The notes beneath the pieces were generated by a model. It did no database searches. It saw only the letters and a program-made list of their open reading frames with translations, and was not told the origin of the DNA. Positions 17,729-27,889 of a stretch of 64,000 bases of DNA are shown one piece after another. Where the stretch lies: the IMG/VR virus record IMGVR_UViG_3300009370_001603, positions 58,519 through 122,518 of that record. One strand, 5' to 3'. Both the position numbers and the translations under genes were made by a program. Positions within the stretch are counted from its first letter, which is position 1. Each line of letters opens with the position of its first letter. The stretch comes from a virus.

Positions 17729-20700
17729 TTACCACGCATTGAATGTATCAACCATTTTTCGCCACTGTCCGTTTAAGTAAGTAGCGAGATTATAATTACT
17801 TCCACTCTTTACTATACAAACCGTACCTTCTACTCGTGAAATCTCATATTTAGCAATAGTGCTGCTCGAATGCGTATACAACTGTCTAGTAGCACCGGTG
17901 CCGGTGGTATTTAAAGCTATGGGGAGCTGTAGGAAACCTTCAGCATTAACAATCGTGTTTGCAAAGTCATACTCATCGGTGGATGCCTGTATTTGGTCGG
18001 CAACCTGATAAGAGCTATACATCGTTGTCTTCAGGCCTGTTTTATCAGTTGAATGGTTTGCCAGTTTTAAAAGGTGGGCACTGAACTCTGCGGCAGTGGT
18101 CGGTTTTTTCCCGATCTGCGTTACCGCATTTGTATTGTGCTGGAAGAAACCCTTTCCGATAGCAACGACGTAATCTTCAGGTGAGGTACTAACCCACGAC
18201 GTGTTGTTCGTAGGTGTGTCGTTGTTAAGCACAATCGCACGATTTAATACCTGACCGCCACCAGCGTTGTAGCCGATGAGAGTATTATAAGCACCACATC
18301 CCGATATTCCAGCCTGATAGCCTATCATGATATTATTGCTGTGGACTGTGCTTGAAATTCTACCGTTGTACTGCTTACCGGCCTCGACCCCAATACTAAT
18401 TTGACGGGCAATCCCGCTAGAATAAGACCCTGCTTCCATGCCAATGCCAATATGCCTATTATATGATGAAGTCGAATCCTTGCCTTGAGCATGTCTCCCG
18501 GCATAGGGGCCGACGTATGTCGAATAATGCTGCCTATTCGCTTCCTCACCAGCTTTGTAGCCAATGACTGTAGCTTTTTCAGTTGTGGCCAGTAAGTATC
18601 CAGCCATGTGGCCCAGCATAGACGTTTCTTTATTACCGGAGGAATAAGCTCCAGCTCCATATCCTAGAAGCTGATTGTTAGATGCATTGTAGCTGTCTTT
18701 TCCTGCAAAGTAGCCAATCGCCACGTCGTTCCAGCTTCCATCCAGAGTGTCGGCCATACCGCTCGCGTTCTGCAATGCCTGCCTTCCGATTCCTACACAC
18801 CTATTCAGACCACTGGCTTGCTGGCCCGCAGTTTGGCCAATGAAAACGTTACCCTGTGTAAGTGATCCACGCTGATGACCCATATAGCCTTGCATAGACT
18901 CCCTGCCGATAGCTATATTTTCACTCATCCCATGGCTAGATTCACCAGCCTTGTAGCCCAACATAATATTATGCTTGTCTAGTACAGCAGATCGACCAGC
19001 ATAGTAGCCTATCGCAACGCTGTGTACCAGCGAGGAATCGAAAGTATACTGATAGGTTGTCCACCCTGACGACGATACGCCAGCTCCATAGCCAATATTA
19101 ACACCCCTGATCCCAGAGGAACCCATACCGGCTTCGTATCCTAGGTTGACAGAGCCGCCCATCCATGCGGAATCTTTCAAACTCCTTGTTCCTATAGCAA
19201 CCGCGTCCGTGTTCCCACTAGAGCTATAACCCGCGAGCGCACCAATGAAATTACCCTGTGTCGCCTTAAAGGAGTACGCACCAGCAGAATGACCGATGAA
19301 GTTAACAATGCCGCTACTTGGTACAGACCCCCCCATGCCAGATTGGGCAACGGCTTGGTATCCAGCTTCACGACCAATGATATTTGAGGATGCAAAACCA
19401 TGCGCTCCGGAACCAGCATAGTCACCGATAAAGTTGGTGTGGTTTGCACCTAAGACTTCTGCGGCAGCATATCTACCCATAGCATTACTATTGTTAATGC
19501 CGCTGCCATATAGTCCTGCTCGATTACCAATCATGTTGGTGTTAGAGCAGCCACTTGCGACACGTCCAGCATGGATACCTATAAAGTTAGAATTATCACA
19601 GCCGCTCGACTGTAAGCCAGCATCTCTCCCTATAAAGTTAGAGCTTTCAGAGTCGGCGTTGATATATGCTCCGGCGCGAGAGCCAACGGCCACAACGTAA
19701 CTATTACCACTAGAAGATGTTCCGGCGTTCGTTCCTATAAAGATACTTTGAATATTACCGCTAGAACTTTGGGCAGCTCCGCTACCAACCGCAATGGACG
19801 CATGACTTCCTCCGAGGGCATTGTGACCCGCAAGCCTTCCGATTGCCATTGCTCCGGAACCAATTGCTCCACTTACGGGACTAACGTCATCCGCCGTTCT
19901 AACTAAGCCGTCACTAAATGTAAGGGCGCTCGTATCAATACTACCCGCCGCAAAGCCAGAAACGGCTGCAATAGCTGTTTTTGATATTCCAGAAACGGCT
20001 GCTCCAGACGAATCTATCTCATACTGTAGATTGCCCGAAGCGAGGCCTGCACTAAAAATTAGGTGGTTACTTGAGGCTGTGTATTGGGTGGTAATACCAC
20101 TTATGCCAGAAATGTTAACGCCTTCTGAGCTACTAATATTGTCAAAATCTGTTAGGCCATCACTTAGTTTCCAGTGTCCATAACCGCCGCCTAAGCCGCC
20201 AATTTTATCGTTCACATACCCAGAGACTAAATTGACACCGACTTGTAATATACCAGAAGTTGCTTTATCGTGACCAAAAGCGAACCCAGAAACCGCAGTG
20301 ATTGCTGTGTTTGCTAAACCAGAGACTGCCGCGCCACTAGCATTTACAACCGCCTCAAGGCCGGAGGCGGAAAATTTCATTACATTTGAGCTTGAGTTGT
20401 ACCCAACGGTTACGTGGTCTACGCCGGAGAAATTAACTGTATTTGTAGAGGCTATAGCATCTGTACCACCCCCAACTCCAACTACCCAGTTGGCATAGTC
20501 AACAGCAGATCCAATTCTTCCATCAAGATATCCAGATAGTCCATTAGCAGTTACAGCAAATAGGTTGACATCGGAATGATATAATACTTCACACCCGCTA
20601 GCCCCGCTTATAAACACAGTATCTGCTGAGGATATAGTTTCGGGGGGATTCGTCGTGCCGTCACTAACCTTGAAAGAGTAATCTGTCGTATTGTCAATAC

Positions 20701-22630
20701 CATATTGAAGAATACCTGATAACTCAGAGGGGTCAAATATTATTCCCCCAGAAGGTGTAGTCGCTATGCCGCTTATGCCAACTGCAAGACCTCTTAGCCC
20801 ACTGAACGCAACCTCGGTGCCTTGGTGTATTTGGTGCGTGGTGTAGGCAAGTGTTGGATTAACATAGCCGGAAGAAATTGCTCCAACCTTAAACATGTTG
20901 CCAATCTGAAAAACTCTTCCGTCGTCAAGCGTTAGACCGCTTCCGCCCACATAAGCACCACTAACTACAGAGCTATCATTAAATATAAGGCCGCTAGTTG
21001 TAATGCCCAGCTTTTCATTATTAGATGTTGCGGCAGCCCATGTGTTCGAACCGCTTTTCCAAGTCCATTTTTTATCGCCAGTGTCTATAGCCCCATCGCC
21101 AGAGGATCTTATTACAACGCCTCCGTCATCAACAAGGTGGTCTACGCTGGAGGAAGAGTCATTGCCACTAGTAGAGGCTAGCTCCAACTGTTTGTCTTGA
21201 ATCGTAACATTCGTACTGTCATTATAGGTAGTGGTACCTTTAACAAAAAGATCACCACTGATTGTCACATCATTGCCAAAATAGGAATCTGTTCTGGCAA
21301 ATACGCCCCCGCTAGAATGTACATTGCTACCGTACGCAGTGTAAATATCTCCAGACGTAATAATATCGCCACTAACGCCAATGTTGCCGCCTCTAACGTC
21401 CAGTGAAAATATAGGGTCGTTCGCCCCAATGCCTACTCTGTTACTAGATTTTAAGAAAACAAACTTATCATCGTATGTGATAATGCCGCTTTCTTTATAG
21501 AGGGCTACGGAGCCAGCAGTAAGGGTGTCTGGATCTTCATCCATCGCCTTGTCTTGGACAACATATCGCGTGGAAAGATCGGGGATATCTTCTAGTTGTA
21601 AGTACCTAAAGGTTGGAACATCTGGGCTACAGCCAACCGCTTCGCATCCGCTCGGCGGACCGGAAAAAATCGTACCCTTCTCTTGTGGTAGGAAGCAAAA
21701 TCTTTCATCTACCACTCCGCTTAAAAAGAATACGGCATTTGTGCCGGTCGTACCATCTAACTCATTTCTAAAAAATGGCTCTAGCTGTGTGCCACCAGAG
21801 GCGGTTTTGGTTGCATCCTGCGGTAAGGCTTGGCCGCCAGAAAAGAGAACGCCAGAACCTCCATCAATAAAGCCAGAAGCCCTAACTTGAGAATAAGATC
21901 TAATACCCCCAATATCTATGGCATATTTAGGATCTGTTTGTGAGATACCAAGTCTAGCTCCAGAAACAGACCATAATATATTATCATCATAATTTAAAAG
22001 CTGTTCACTACCCCAAACCGCTAAACCGCTATTTTGTGGTTCCTTGAAGCCGCTTATGCCATAACCAGTAAATACTGAATATTTTCCGGGATAAGTTACG
22101 TAAACTTCTTTGATTCCAAAGTCTGGAAAATTAAACGGCTGCCCAGAGGCTACATAATCAACACCGCTAAGTCCGGCGTGAGAGGGTTCCGCATGGCCCG
22201 CATGGTTATTGGGCATGTAGAAGGTATTGCCATGATAGCCAGAGAAGGTATGTGTGTGAGCGCTGGTAGCTCCAGCGACTGCTAGTGCAGCAGACTTAGT
22301 TAAATACAGTGGGTGAAAATAACCTTGTTGCCCTCTTGTTGGGCCACTAGCGCTATCTCCATTTAAGTAGTAAGGGCCAGAATCTAAGGCAGAACTTCTT
22401 AATGGGAACCTTGTTAGCTCATTATCTGAGCCACTTTGTCTATATTCACCGGAACCCATCTCGTAATAGGTTCCATCGGTAGCAGCATAATAGACAACAT
22501 CTCCGTACTTGTAGAAATCACCAAAAGGGCTAAATCCAGCAAGCTCTCCGTCGAGAACAAACGGGTCTTGCCCCTTGGTGTGGGAAAGTTCTTTGATTCT
22601 GTCTGATAATACTACTATGTTGGAGTGCAT
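17729..22630 (-). CDS. Long fibre/adhesin with YadA-head-like (N-x-x-I-G-x-x-A-G) repeats
   Basis: 1633 aa with dozens of 14-aa-type repeats (SNFIGRDAG, TNMIGNRAG). N-terminal DRIKE module. RLGISQTDP/RVGIGANDP fibre motifs. Confidence 0.75.
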   Translation of the reverse strand: MHSNIVVLSDRIKELSHTKGQDPFVLDGELAGFSPFGDFYKYGDVVYYAATDGTYYEMGSGEYRQSGSDNELTRFPLRSSALDSGPYYLNGDSASGPTRGQQGYFHPLYLTKSAALAVAGATSAHTHTFSGYHGNTFYMPNNHAGHAEPSHAGLSGVDYVASGQPFNFPDFGIKEVYVTYPGKYSVFTGYGISGFKEPQNSGLAVWGSEQLLNYDDNILWSVSGARLGISQTDPKYAIDIGGIRSYSQVRASGFIDGGSGVLFSGGQALPQDATKTASGGTQLEPFFRNELDGTTGTNAVFFLSGVVDERFCFLPQEKGTIFSGPPSGCEAVGCSPDVPTFRYLQLEDIPDLSTRYVVQDKAMDEDPDTLTAGSVALYKESGIITYDDKFVFLKSSNRVGIGANDPIFSLDVRGGNIGVSGDIITSGDIYTAYGSNVHSSGGVFARTDSYFGNDVTISGDLFVKGTTTYNDSTNVTIQDKQLELASTSGNDSSSSVDHLVDDGGVVIRSSGDGAIDTGDKKWTWKSGSNTWAAATSNNEKLGITTSGLIFNDSSVVSGAYVGGSGLTLDDGRVFQIGNMFKVGAISSGYVNPTLAYTTHQIHQGTEVAFSGLRGLAVGISGIATTPSGGIIFDPSELSGILQYGIDNTTDYSFKVSDGTTNPPETISSADTVFISGASGCEVLYHSDVNLFAVTANGLSGYLDGRIGSAVDYANWVVGVGGGTDAIASTNTVNFSGVDHVTVGYNSSSNVMKFSASGLEAVVNASGAAVSGLANTAITAVSGFAFGHDKATSGILQVGVNLVSGYVNDKIGGLGGGYGHWKLSDGLTDFDNISSSEGVNISGISGITTQYTASSNHLIFSAGLASGNLQYEIDSSGAAVSGISKTAIAAVSGFAAGSIDTSALTFSDGLVRTADDVSPVSGAIGSGAMAIGRLAGHNALGGSHASIAVGSGAAQSSSGNIQSIFIGTNAGTSSSGNSYVVAVGSRAGAYINADSESSNFIGRDAGLQSSGCDNSNFIGIHAGRVASGCSNTNMIGNRAGLYGSGINNSNAMGRYAAAEVLGANHTNFIGDYAGSGAHGFASSNIIGREAGYQAVAQSGMGGSVPSSGIVNFIGHSAGAYSFKATQGNFIGALAGYSSSGNTDAVAIGTRSLKDSAWMGGSVNLGYEAGMGSSGIRGVNIGYGAGVSSSGWTTYQYTFDSSLVHSVAIGYYAGRSAVLDKHNIMLGYKAGESSHGMSENIAIGRESMQGYMGHQRGSLTQGNVFIGQTAGQQASGLNRCVGIGRQALQNASGMADTLDGSWNDVAIGYFAGKDSYNASNNQLLGYGAGAYSSGNKETSMLGHMAGYLLATTEKATVIGYKAGEEANRQHYSTYVGPYAGRHAQGKDSTSSYNRHIGIGMEAGSYSSGIARQISIGVEAGKQYNGRISSTVHSNNIMIGYQAGISGCGAYNTLIGYNAGGGQVLNRAIVLNNDTPTNNTSWVSTSPEDYVVAIGKGFFQHNTNAVTQIGKKPTTAAEFSAHLLKLANHSTDKTGLKTTMYSSYQVADQIQASTDEYDFANTIVNAEGFLQLPIALNTTGTGATRQLYTHSSSTIAKYEISRVEGTVCIVKSGSNYNLATYLNGQWRKMVDTFNAW

Positions 22631-22649
22631 TTTAAACCCTTATTGAAAA

Positions 22650-23651
22650 TTAACCGTTTTCACTATAGCTAGCAGAGCGTGTCATTTCTGGTACGATTCC
22701 GGAAGTCTCTCCCGGCTCATAACCGTATGCCACAAAATCACATATCTCAGAATCTACATAGTCACCAGTTTCAGTCCTGATAACATAAGTGCAAGTTCTT
22801 GGATTATTTACATCATCAGGTCCATCATTGCCACGTCGCATTACGGTACCAACAGTGTTTACTACCATGTCTTCTTTACTTCCAGAAGCCACAGTACCAT
22901 GACTATGGCCAATGGCCACATAATCATTGTCATTAAACAGTCCGGACGGGAAAGTAATCTTTAGCTTTCCGGGGGCCAATCTTTCTATACCGCTAATATT
23001 GTGCCAAGATCTTATGTAGGGCAGGTTAAGGTTGCCATCTAGATTGCCACTAGCATTAAAGTTGCACCAAGCCTTTGCTCCAACCTTGCCGTTTGGTATG
23101 CTGGAGTTGTCTCCAAATCTTAGTGTTCCAGAGGTATAAATCTCTTGATCATGGCCATTTACGGGAACAAACTTGAAACCAACTGAGTCATAGCCAGAAG
23201 CATTGATCCAGTTATCATGCCTAACCGGCATGTTGCCGTTCAATACGTTGTTTGACTGGTCAACTCCGTCTATATGGTAGTATTGTGTGTGGACGTGGCC
23301 GACAGCTAAGTTGGTTAATTGGTTATGATTAATAGCCCAAGGTCCGGGGTAAGGAACCAGTTGCAGGACACTGGTATCACCGTTTGGCGCGTTTGGAAAT
23401 TGAATTCCAGAGTGCATAATAAGCTTGCCATCAACATCGTTTACCGTTCTGCCGGTAGCCGCGATAGTGACATTGTGGAAAAATGGGAACTCAACCTCTG
23501 TGTCGCCACTGGCAACTATTCTATTTATGGAAAACGCTGTGTCTTCCATGTTGTGACGGACATCTTCTGCTGAAATTAACCCAGCATTATTGTCAGCCAT
23601 ATCTAAAGTAATACTGGCAATTAAATCGCCAGAGCTTTTCATTGTAGGCAT
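22650..23651 (-). CDS. Virion structural protein (fibre-like)
   Basis: N-terminus DNNAGLISAEDVR parallels 40103..41737 (DNATQQISPEDLR). AKAWCNFNASG..HNISGIERLAPG is a typical tail-fibre C-terminal domain pattern. Confidence 0.6.
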   Translation of the reverse strand: MPTMKSSGDLIASITLDMADNNAGLISAEDVRHNMEDTAFSINRIVASGDTEVEFPFFHNVTIAATGRTVNDVDGKLIMHSGIQFPNAPNGDTSVLQLVPYPGPWAINHNQLTNLAVGHVHTQYYHIDGVDQSNNVLNGNMPVRHDNWINASGYDSVGFKFVPVNGHDQEIYTSGTLRFGDNSSIPNGKVGAKAWCNFNASGNLDGNLNLPYIRSWHNISGIERLAPGKLKITFPSGLFNDNDYVAIGHSHGTVASGSKEDMVVNTVGTVMRRGNDGPDDVNNPRTCTYVIRTETGDYVDSEICDFVAYGYEPGETSGIVPEMTRSASYSENG

Positions 23652-23663
23652 TTAAAATCTCCT

Positions 23664-24182
23664 TTAGTAATCAAAATATCCACCTGACCTATGACCCGCA
23701 TTGCTTCTTGAAATAGCATCGGAGCCGGGGCTATAGGGACCAAGTATTGACTGTCCGACAACACCATTGCCAGCTCTATATTCTAATAGTGAATGTTCGT
23801 ATTTATCACATAAATCTTTGTATAAAACAATTAATGTTTGCGTAACGCCTCGTAGGTCAATAGCGGAGGGGCCATCTTTAATTGATATGGCGTTTCCGGA
23901 CTCTTTTCTTATCTCACTACCAATTATTATACACGCAGCACGTAAACAACTCAAAGTTATAAAGGGGTCATCCTTCGTTGCTGTATCTGTCGGATCTGGT
24001 GATAGGGTTATGGCCTCCACGTTGATAGTGTAATCATTACCAAAATCTACGTTCATGGTCATAAGTTGGGCCGCGACCAAAAGCGTAGTTTCTATTCTCT
24101 GAGTAGAAAAAGTGTATGCGGAAGAGTCAACATCATTAACGAGATGTCTAACAATTGTGGACATTTGACCTTGCCAAGACAT
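23664..24182 (-). CDS. Putative head-tail adaptor
   Basis: 172 aa helical, starting IVRHLVND..YTFS..I, an adaptor-like pattern; position between capsid and neck genes. Confidence 0.55.
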   Translation of the reverse strand: MSWQGQMSTIVRHLVNDVDSSAYTFSTQRIETTLLVAAQLMTMNVDFGNDYTINVEAITLSPDPTDTATKDDPFITLSCLRAACIIIGSEIRKESGNAISIKDGPSAIDLRGVTQTLIVLYKDLCDKYEHSLLEYRAGNGVVGQSILGPYSPGSDAISRSNAGHRSGGYFDY

Positions 24183-24189
24183 AAATCAC

Positions 24190-24504
24190 CTATATATTGC
24201 TATGGACTTTAAAACTATAAATATCTGTGTAGTACGTACCGCTTGGGACGACCACTTTAGCTTGGAGTTTATATAATCCAGCTTCGTCCAAGTCTCCGGC
24301 AACCGTATCGTAATACATTACGCCAGAAATTCCATAGTCCTGAAGCGTTGCGTTTCTGTTTATTACTGTGTCGCTCGGCTTCTTAAAGCTGACCTGATGA
24401 ATGGACCCCCCGCTAACACCAGAAATGTTTACGAGGCTACCGTCATCTTTAACCGTAATTAAAAATCTTGTCCCCACATCGTCTTGGTGAATTTCACTAG
24501 CCAT
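24190..24504 (-). CDS. BppU N-terminal-like/Ig-like small virion protein
   Basis: EIHQDDVG.RF.ITVKD..VNISG..FKKPS..GVMYY..GDLDEAGLYKLQAKV matches the BppU-N pattern. Confidence 0.6.
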   Translation of the reverse strand: MASEIHQDDVGTRFLITVKDDGSLVNISGVSGGSIHQVSFKKPSDTVINRNATLQDYGISGVMYYDTVAGDLDEAGLYKLQAKVVVPSGTYYTDIYSFKVHSNI

Positions 24505-24508
24505 CTTT

Positions 24509-24631
24509 TTACCTTATCAAAGTAATTGGTAGACTTGTCTGAATGTTTAACCCCAAATCAAAGAGAACCCCTTCAATATTGAGGGTTGTCTCTGTAGATT
24601 TCTGTATGTTTAAACTTACTTCTACTATCAT
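24509..24631 (-). CDS. 40-aa ORF (MIVEVSLNIQKST...), possibly 3' half of a frameshifted gene
   Basis: Hand-translated; ATGA overlap with 24628..24765; fills the operon gap. Confidence 0.5.
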   Translation of the reverse strand: MIVEVSLNIQKSTETTLNIEGVLFDLGLNIQTSLPITLIR

Positions 24632-24765
24632 TTTTGAATACTTAAGCTGACGTTAATTGTATTTTGCACTGATAGCACTAGCGAAATAACCTCACCATTG
24701 CTTTTGAACAACATCTGTTCAGAAGAGCAAATTGGAAGTTCGCTAAGTGTTTCAGATCCAAACAT
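24628..24765 (-). CDS. 45-aa ORF (MFGSETLSELPIC...)
   Basis: Hand-translated; TAATG coupling to the upstream gene. Confidence 0.55.
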   Translation of the reverse strand: MFGSETLSELPICSSEQMLFKSNGEVISLVLSVQNTINVSLSIQK

Positions 24766-25121
24766 TATACTGCGGGGTCGCTAATTTCTACTGAAGTGTC
24801 CAGAGCTTCGACAGCCTGTGACCTTGCCAATCCAACTTCATAGGATTGTACGTGTTCAGACAAAAACTGTCTAACTATTCTGTGTACAAACTGCCCCTGA
24901 TCTTCCGGGTTGTCTATCATCTCCTGTTGGTCGGGATCTGGTATGGTGCTAGGGTTCTCTGGGGACTCAGGCTCTGCTGGGTCGAAATCTGGATTCGCAA
25001 CGGTCGCGGACGCATCATAGTCTGGATTGACAACCTGATCTACACGACCATAATTGGCGCAAATGGCGTCAAAGACCCTTGCCACGTCTTCGTCTGCGAT
25101 TGCTAGTTCAAAAACTGCCAT
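24765..25121 (-). CDS. Hypothetical acidic protein with NPD(Y/F)D repeats
   Basis: 118 aa, AGGAG RBS, preceded by a late motif. Confidence 0.7.
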   Translation of the reverse strand: MAVFELAIADEDVARVFDAICANYGRVDQVVNPDYDASATVANPDFDPAEPESPENPSTIPDPDQQEMIDNPEDQGQFVHRIVRQFLSEHVQSYEVGLARSQAVEALDTSVEISDPAV

Positions 25122-25157
25122 TATTATATCTCCTAATAAAACTAGAGTGATTTACAT

Positions 25158-25166
25158 ATTATACAC
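25158..25166 (-). promoter_or_regulatory. Late promoter motif GTGTATAAT
   Basis: Intergenic, 36 bp upstream of ATG 25121. Confidence 0.6.
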
Positions 25167-25189
25167 GGTTTTAGCAAATATATAGTGTT

Positions 25190-25723
25190 TTACCTATTGG
25201 TGTTGAGGTGGGGTAACTCACATCTTGGTATCTGACATTTATCACATATTTCGTGCCATCTATCGTTTAATTCTTCAAATTTGTAGACTTCCACACCAAG
25301 ATCTTCACCGTAATCCCCTTCTGTGAAAAACTGAGTGGTGTAAGGAGTCCAAGTGTCTCTTATGTTGTCTATGTAATCGTCTCGTCCAATAAATTCTTTC
25401 ATTTCTTCTGCGGTATTGGGGTTTTTATGAAAATCTGTACTTCTCAGGTGCTCTACCCATTTTATGGCGCTTTTAATTCTATCTTCCACGGATCTGTGAA
25501 TAGTGAATCTATAAATGTCTTTCCATTCTCTTATGTAGCCTTTAAGATTAACCCCTCTTTGATGTATCTCAACTCTATCGTATTGTTTTATCCAGCCGGG
25601 AATAGTGCTGGCGACAACCGGTATATTGTGTCTCAGGCAAACATTACTAATGGCGGATTTTACTGAGTGACCACCAGTTCTTGGTATGTGAATAAAGGCG
25701 GCTCTCTTGGGTAGGTATAACAT
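25190..25723 (-). CDS. Sulfotransferase family 2-like protein
   Basis: FIHIPRTGGHS (5'-PSB-like), FTIHR..DRIKS (3'-PB-like), YKFEEL, LPHLN. Paralog of the adjacent gene; start chosen by alignment (MLYLPKRA). Confidence 0.8.
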   Translation of the reverse strand: MLYLPKRAAFIHIPRTGGHSVKSAISNVCLRHNIPVVASTIPGWIKQYDRVEIHQRGVNLKGYIREWKDIYRFTIHRSVEDRIKSAIKWVEHLRSTDFHKNPNTAEEMKEFIGRDDYIDNIRDTWTPYTTQFFTEGDYGEDLGVEVYKFEELNDRWHEICDKCQIPRCELPHLNTNR

Positions 25724-25725
25724 GT

Positions 25726-26259
25726 CTAAAAACTTTCGCACAATTTAGGTAGGGTGCATCTTGGGATTTGGCACTTATCACATATCATGTCCCATTGGAT
25801 ATTTAATTCATCAAAGTTGTATAGCTCAACCCCAAGATCCTCGCCGTGCTTTCCTTTTGTAAAAAATTCCGTTGTGTGGTCATTCCAGTTTTCTAAAATC
25901 CACTCTCTGTAGTCATCTCTGCACACCACTTCTTTAATTTCTTCATGAATATTTGGATGTGTACAGCTCCCCTTGTCTCTAACGTTTTCTATGAGTCTAA
26001 ACATGCTTTCAAATCTATCTTTTTGTGGTCTGTGAACTGCAAATCGGTAAATATCGTCCCATTCTTTTATGTATGGTTTTAAATTATAAGCCGTCTGATG
26101 ACCTTGGATCATTTCAAATTCTTTTATAAAGTTAGGAGTTGTGCTAATTAGGCACGCTATCCCATGTCCTACGCAACTACTCGCTATAGCATTTTTGATC
26201 GAATTGCCGCCAGTTCTTGGTATGTGTATAAACACCGCCCGTTTTGGCAGATATATCAT
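25726..26259 (-). CDS. Sulfotransferase family 2-like protein (tandem paralog)
   Basis: FIHIPRTGGNS, FAVHRP.KDRFES; ATGA overlap with the methyltransferase stop. Confidence 0.8.
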   Translation of the reverse strand: MIYLPKRAVFIHIPRTGGNSIKNAIASSCVGHGIACLISTTPNFIKEFEMIQGHQTAYNLKPYIKEWDDIYRFAVHRPQKDRFESMFRLIENVRDKGSCTHPNIHEEIKEVVCRDDYREWILENWNDHTTEFFTKGKHGEDLGVELYNFDELNIQWDMICDKCQIPRCTLPKLCESF

Positions 26260-26816
26260 AAAACTTCGCACATGTAACTTGGGAACTTTTCTATCGTAAT
26301 TCCTATCATCTTCATGTCGCCACTTTGAATCCTTTCGTTAACAGCTCTGATAACACCAGCTCGCCAAACTTGACAGTTGGTAACATAGTCATGTCCCATT
26401 ATTAAACCGCCCTTTCTGACTTTCCGTAGTGCACTTTCAATTTCCATCGCAACCGGCTTGTAATCATGGCAGGCATCTATATAGACCCAATCTAAGCAGT
26501 CATCTTCTAGGCTGGATAAAAAGGTGGCTCCCCACTGTCTAACGATCTCTACCTTTCCATTTTTAATTTCTCTTGAAAATAGTGAGCTAACTAAATCTCG
26601 GTGGTCGTCCTCCCATAATTCAGGTTCTGCAATGAGGCCTAAATTTGGATGACGCTCTCTCCAGACATCGCAAAGGTACATCTTTATAGGTTTTGTTATG
26701 TGCCATAAATTTATAGCACCCGCCCCTTTGCAGACTCCAATTTCTGCCCCTACTCCGTCTTTCGGTACATCTAAAAACATTTCTTGAGATGTCTCGTATT
26801 CTATAATTCTTTCCAT
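26256..26816 (-). CDS. Class I SAM-dependent methyltransferase (Methyltransf_24-like)
   Basis: GAEIGVCKG, DWVYIDACHDY, KVRKGGLIMGHDY. Confidence 0.85.
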   Translation of the reverse strand: MERIIEYETSQEMFLDVPKDGVGAEIGVCKGAGAINLWHITKPIKMYLCDVWRERHPNLGLIAEPELWEDDHRDLVSSLFSREIKNGKVEIVRQWGATFLSSLEDDCLDWVYIDACHDYKPVAMEIESALRKVRKGGLIMGHDYVTNCQVWRAGVIRAVNERIQSGDMKMIGITIEKFPSYMCEVL

Positions 26817-27886
26817 TATGCAAATTTTCCTTCATCTGGACAAATAATCGTTGTTTCAAAGGCTTTTTCTCTCATGACCCTAGCTTCTGATGGTTCACTC
26901 TCAATATAATAACACGGTGGGAATCTGCTGACGACTTTAGCCTTAAAGCTTGCAGCCTCGTTGATATGGTCCGCATCTCTTTCTTTCTCTCTCTCGGTGG
27001 GGAACATAATTAGATTCTCATATGCCACGTCGTATTTCTTTAGCCATGCCTTGGTGATGTCTTTATATTTTTCAAGCCTTGCTGTTATGATACCCTTGCA
27101 CTTGTATGTCGTTGGCAATCTGTGATACAGGGGTTCCACATTTGTTATATAATCAATATATTTTTCTTCGTCTAGTGTGCATTCGTAGGGTACGTTGGGG
27201 CATAGTATTCCATCAAAGTCCAAGAAGGAATTTTCCACATACGAACTATTAAAGAAATTCCACTCTAGTAGGTGTGGAGGATCTAGGATCTCACCATAAA
27301 CATCTACGTCGCTGGGTCGGCTTGAATGAACGTAAACTACGCCATATACAACGTCATCTCTTTTACCGACAATTTCTCTTGTATTCTTTATTGCGATGCC
27401 ACCATAAAGCGTGTCATCAAGAATAAGTATTTTTCCATCGCCCTCTTCATAATTCTGCATCCTGAACCCACCGAATTTGCTTAGTGCAGAAAGCGGTGAT
27501 ATGTTACCTTCTTTGTCGAAAGAGTATATAGGAACATTCAACCACATCGCCACTATACTAGCGGGAAATACTCCTGACCTAGGAATTCCGGCTACACCCT
27601 TTAGGTTTAAACGTCCTAATTTGGGTAATAGCTTGGTCTTAATTACATGCATCATATTGTTGATGGTAATAAATTTTCCGCACAACCTGTATGACTGTCT
27701 GTCATGTTTTTTATCAACCTGTTCTTTGTACCAAATCCTTTCCTCTGGTGTGGCATCTTGACACCATTGCCAGTTGGGTGGGATAGCCGACATATTCTGT
27801 GAATAAAAACTGCAAAACCCCGGCTTTGAACATTCACACTTGTTCATAACCTGCTTTGCGTCAAACCTTAATTTTTTCTTTTCCAT
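26816..27886 (-). CDS. Phosphoribosyltransferase-HAD phosphatase fusion with Cys-rich N-terminus
   Basis: GIPRSG and ILILDDTLYGG (PRPP-binding loop). FLDFDGILC (HAD motif I), ITAR, YIESE. N-terminal CECSKPGFC. Confidence 0.75.
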   Translation of the reverse strand: MEKKKLRFDAKQVMNKCECSKPGFCSFYSQNMSAIPPNWQWCQDATPEERIWYKEQVDKKHDRQSYRLCGKFITINNMMHVIKTKLLPKLGRLNLKGVAGIPRSGVFPASIVAMWLNVPIYSFDKEGNISPLSALSKFGGFRMQNYEEGDGKILILDDTLYGGIAIKNTREIVGKRDDVVYGVVYVHSSRPSDVDVYGEILDPPHLLEWNFFNSSYVENSFLDFDGILCPNVPYECTLDEEKYIDYITNVEPLYHRLPTTYKCKGIITARLEKYKDITKAWLKKYDVAYENLIMFPTEREKERDADHINEAASFKAKVVSRFPPCYYIESEPSEARVMREKAFETTIICPDEGKFA

Positions 27887-27889
27887 GTA

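Noticed and set aside
12104-23934. GTGTATAAT copies inside CDSs (12104, 23926) as promoters
   Set aside because: Explainable by codons (RVYN, ACII); not called without TSS data.
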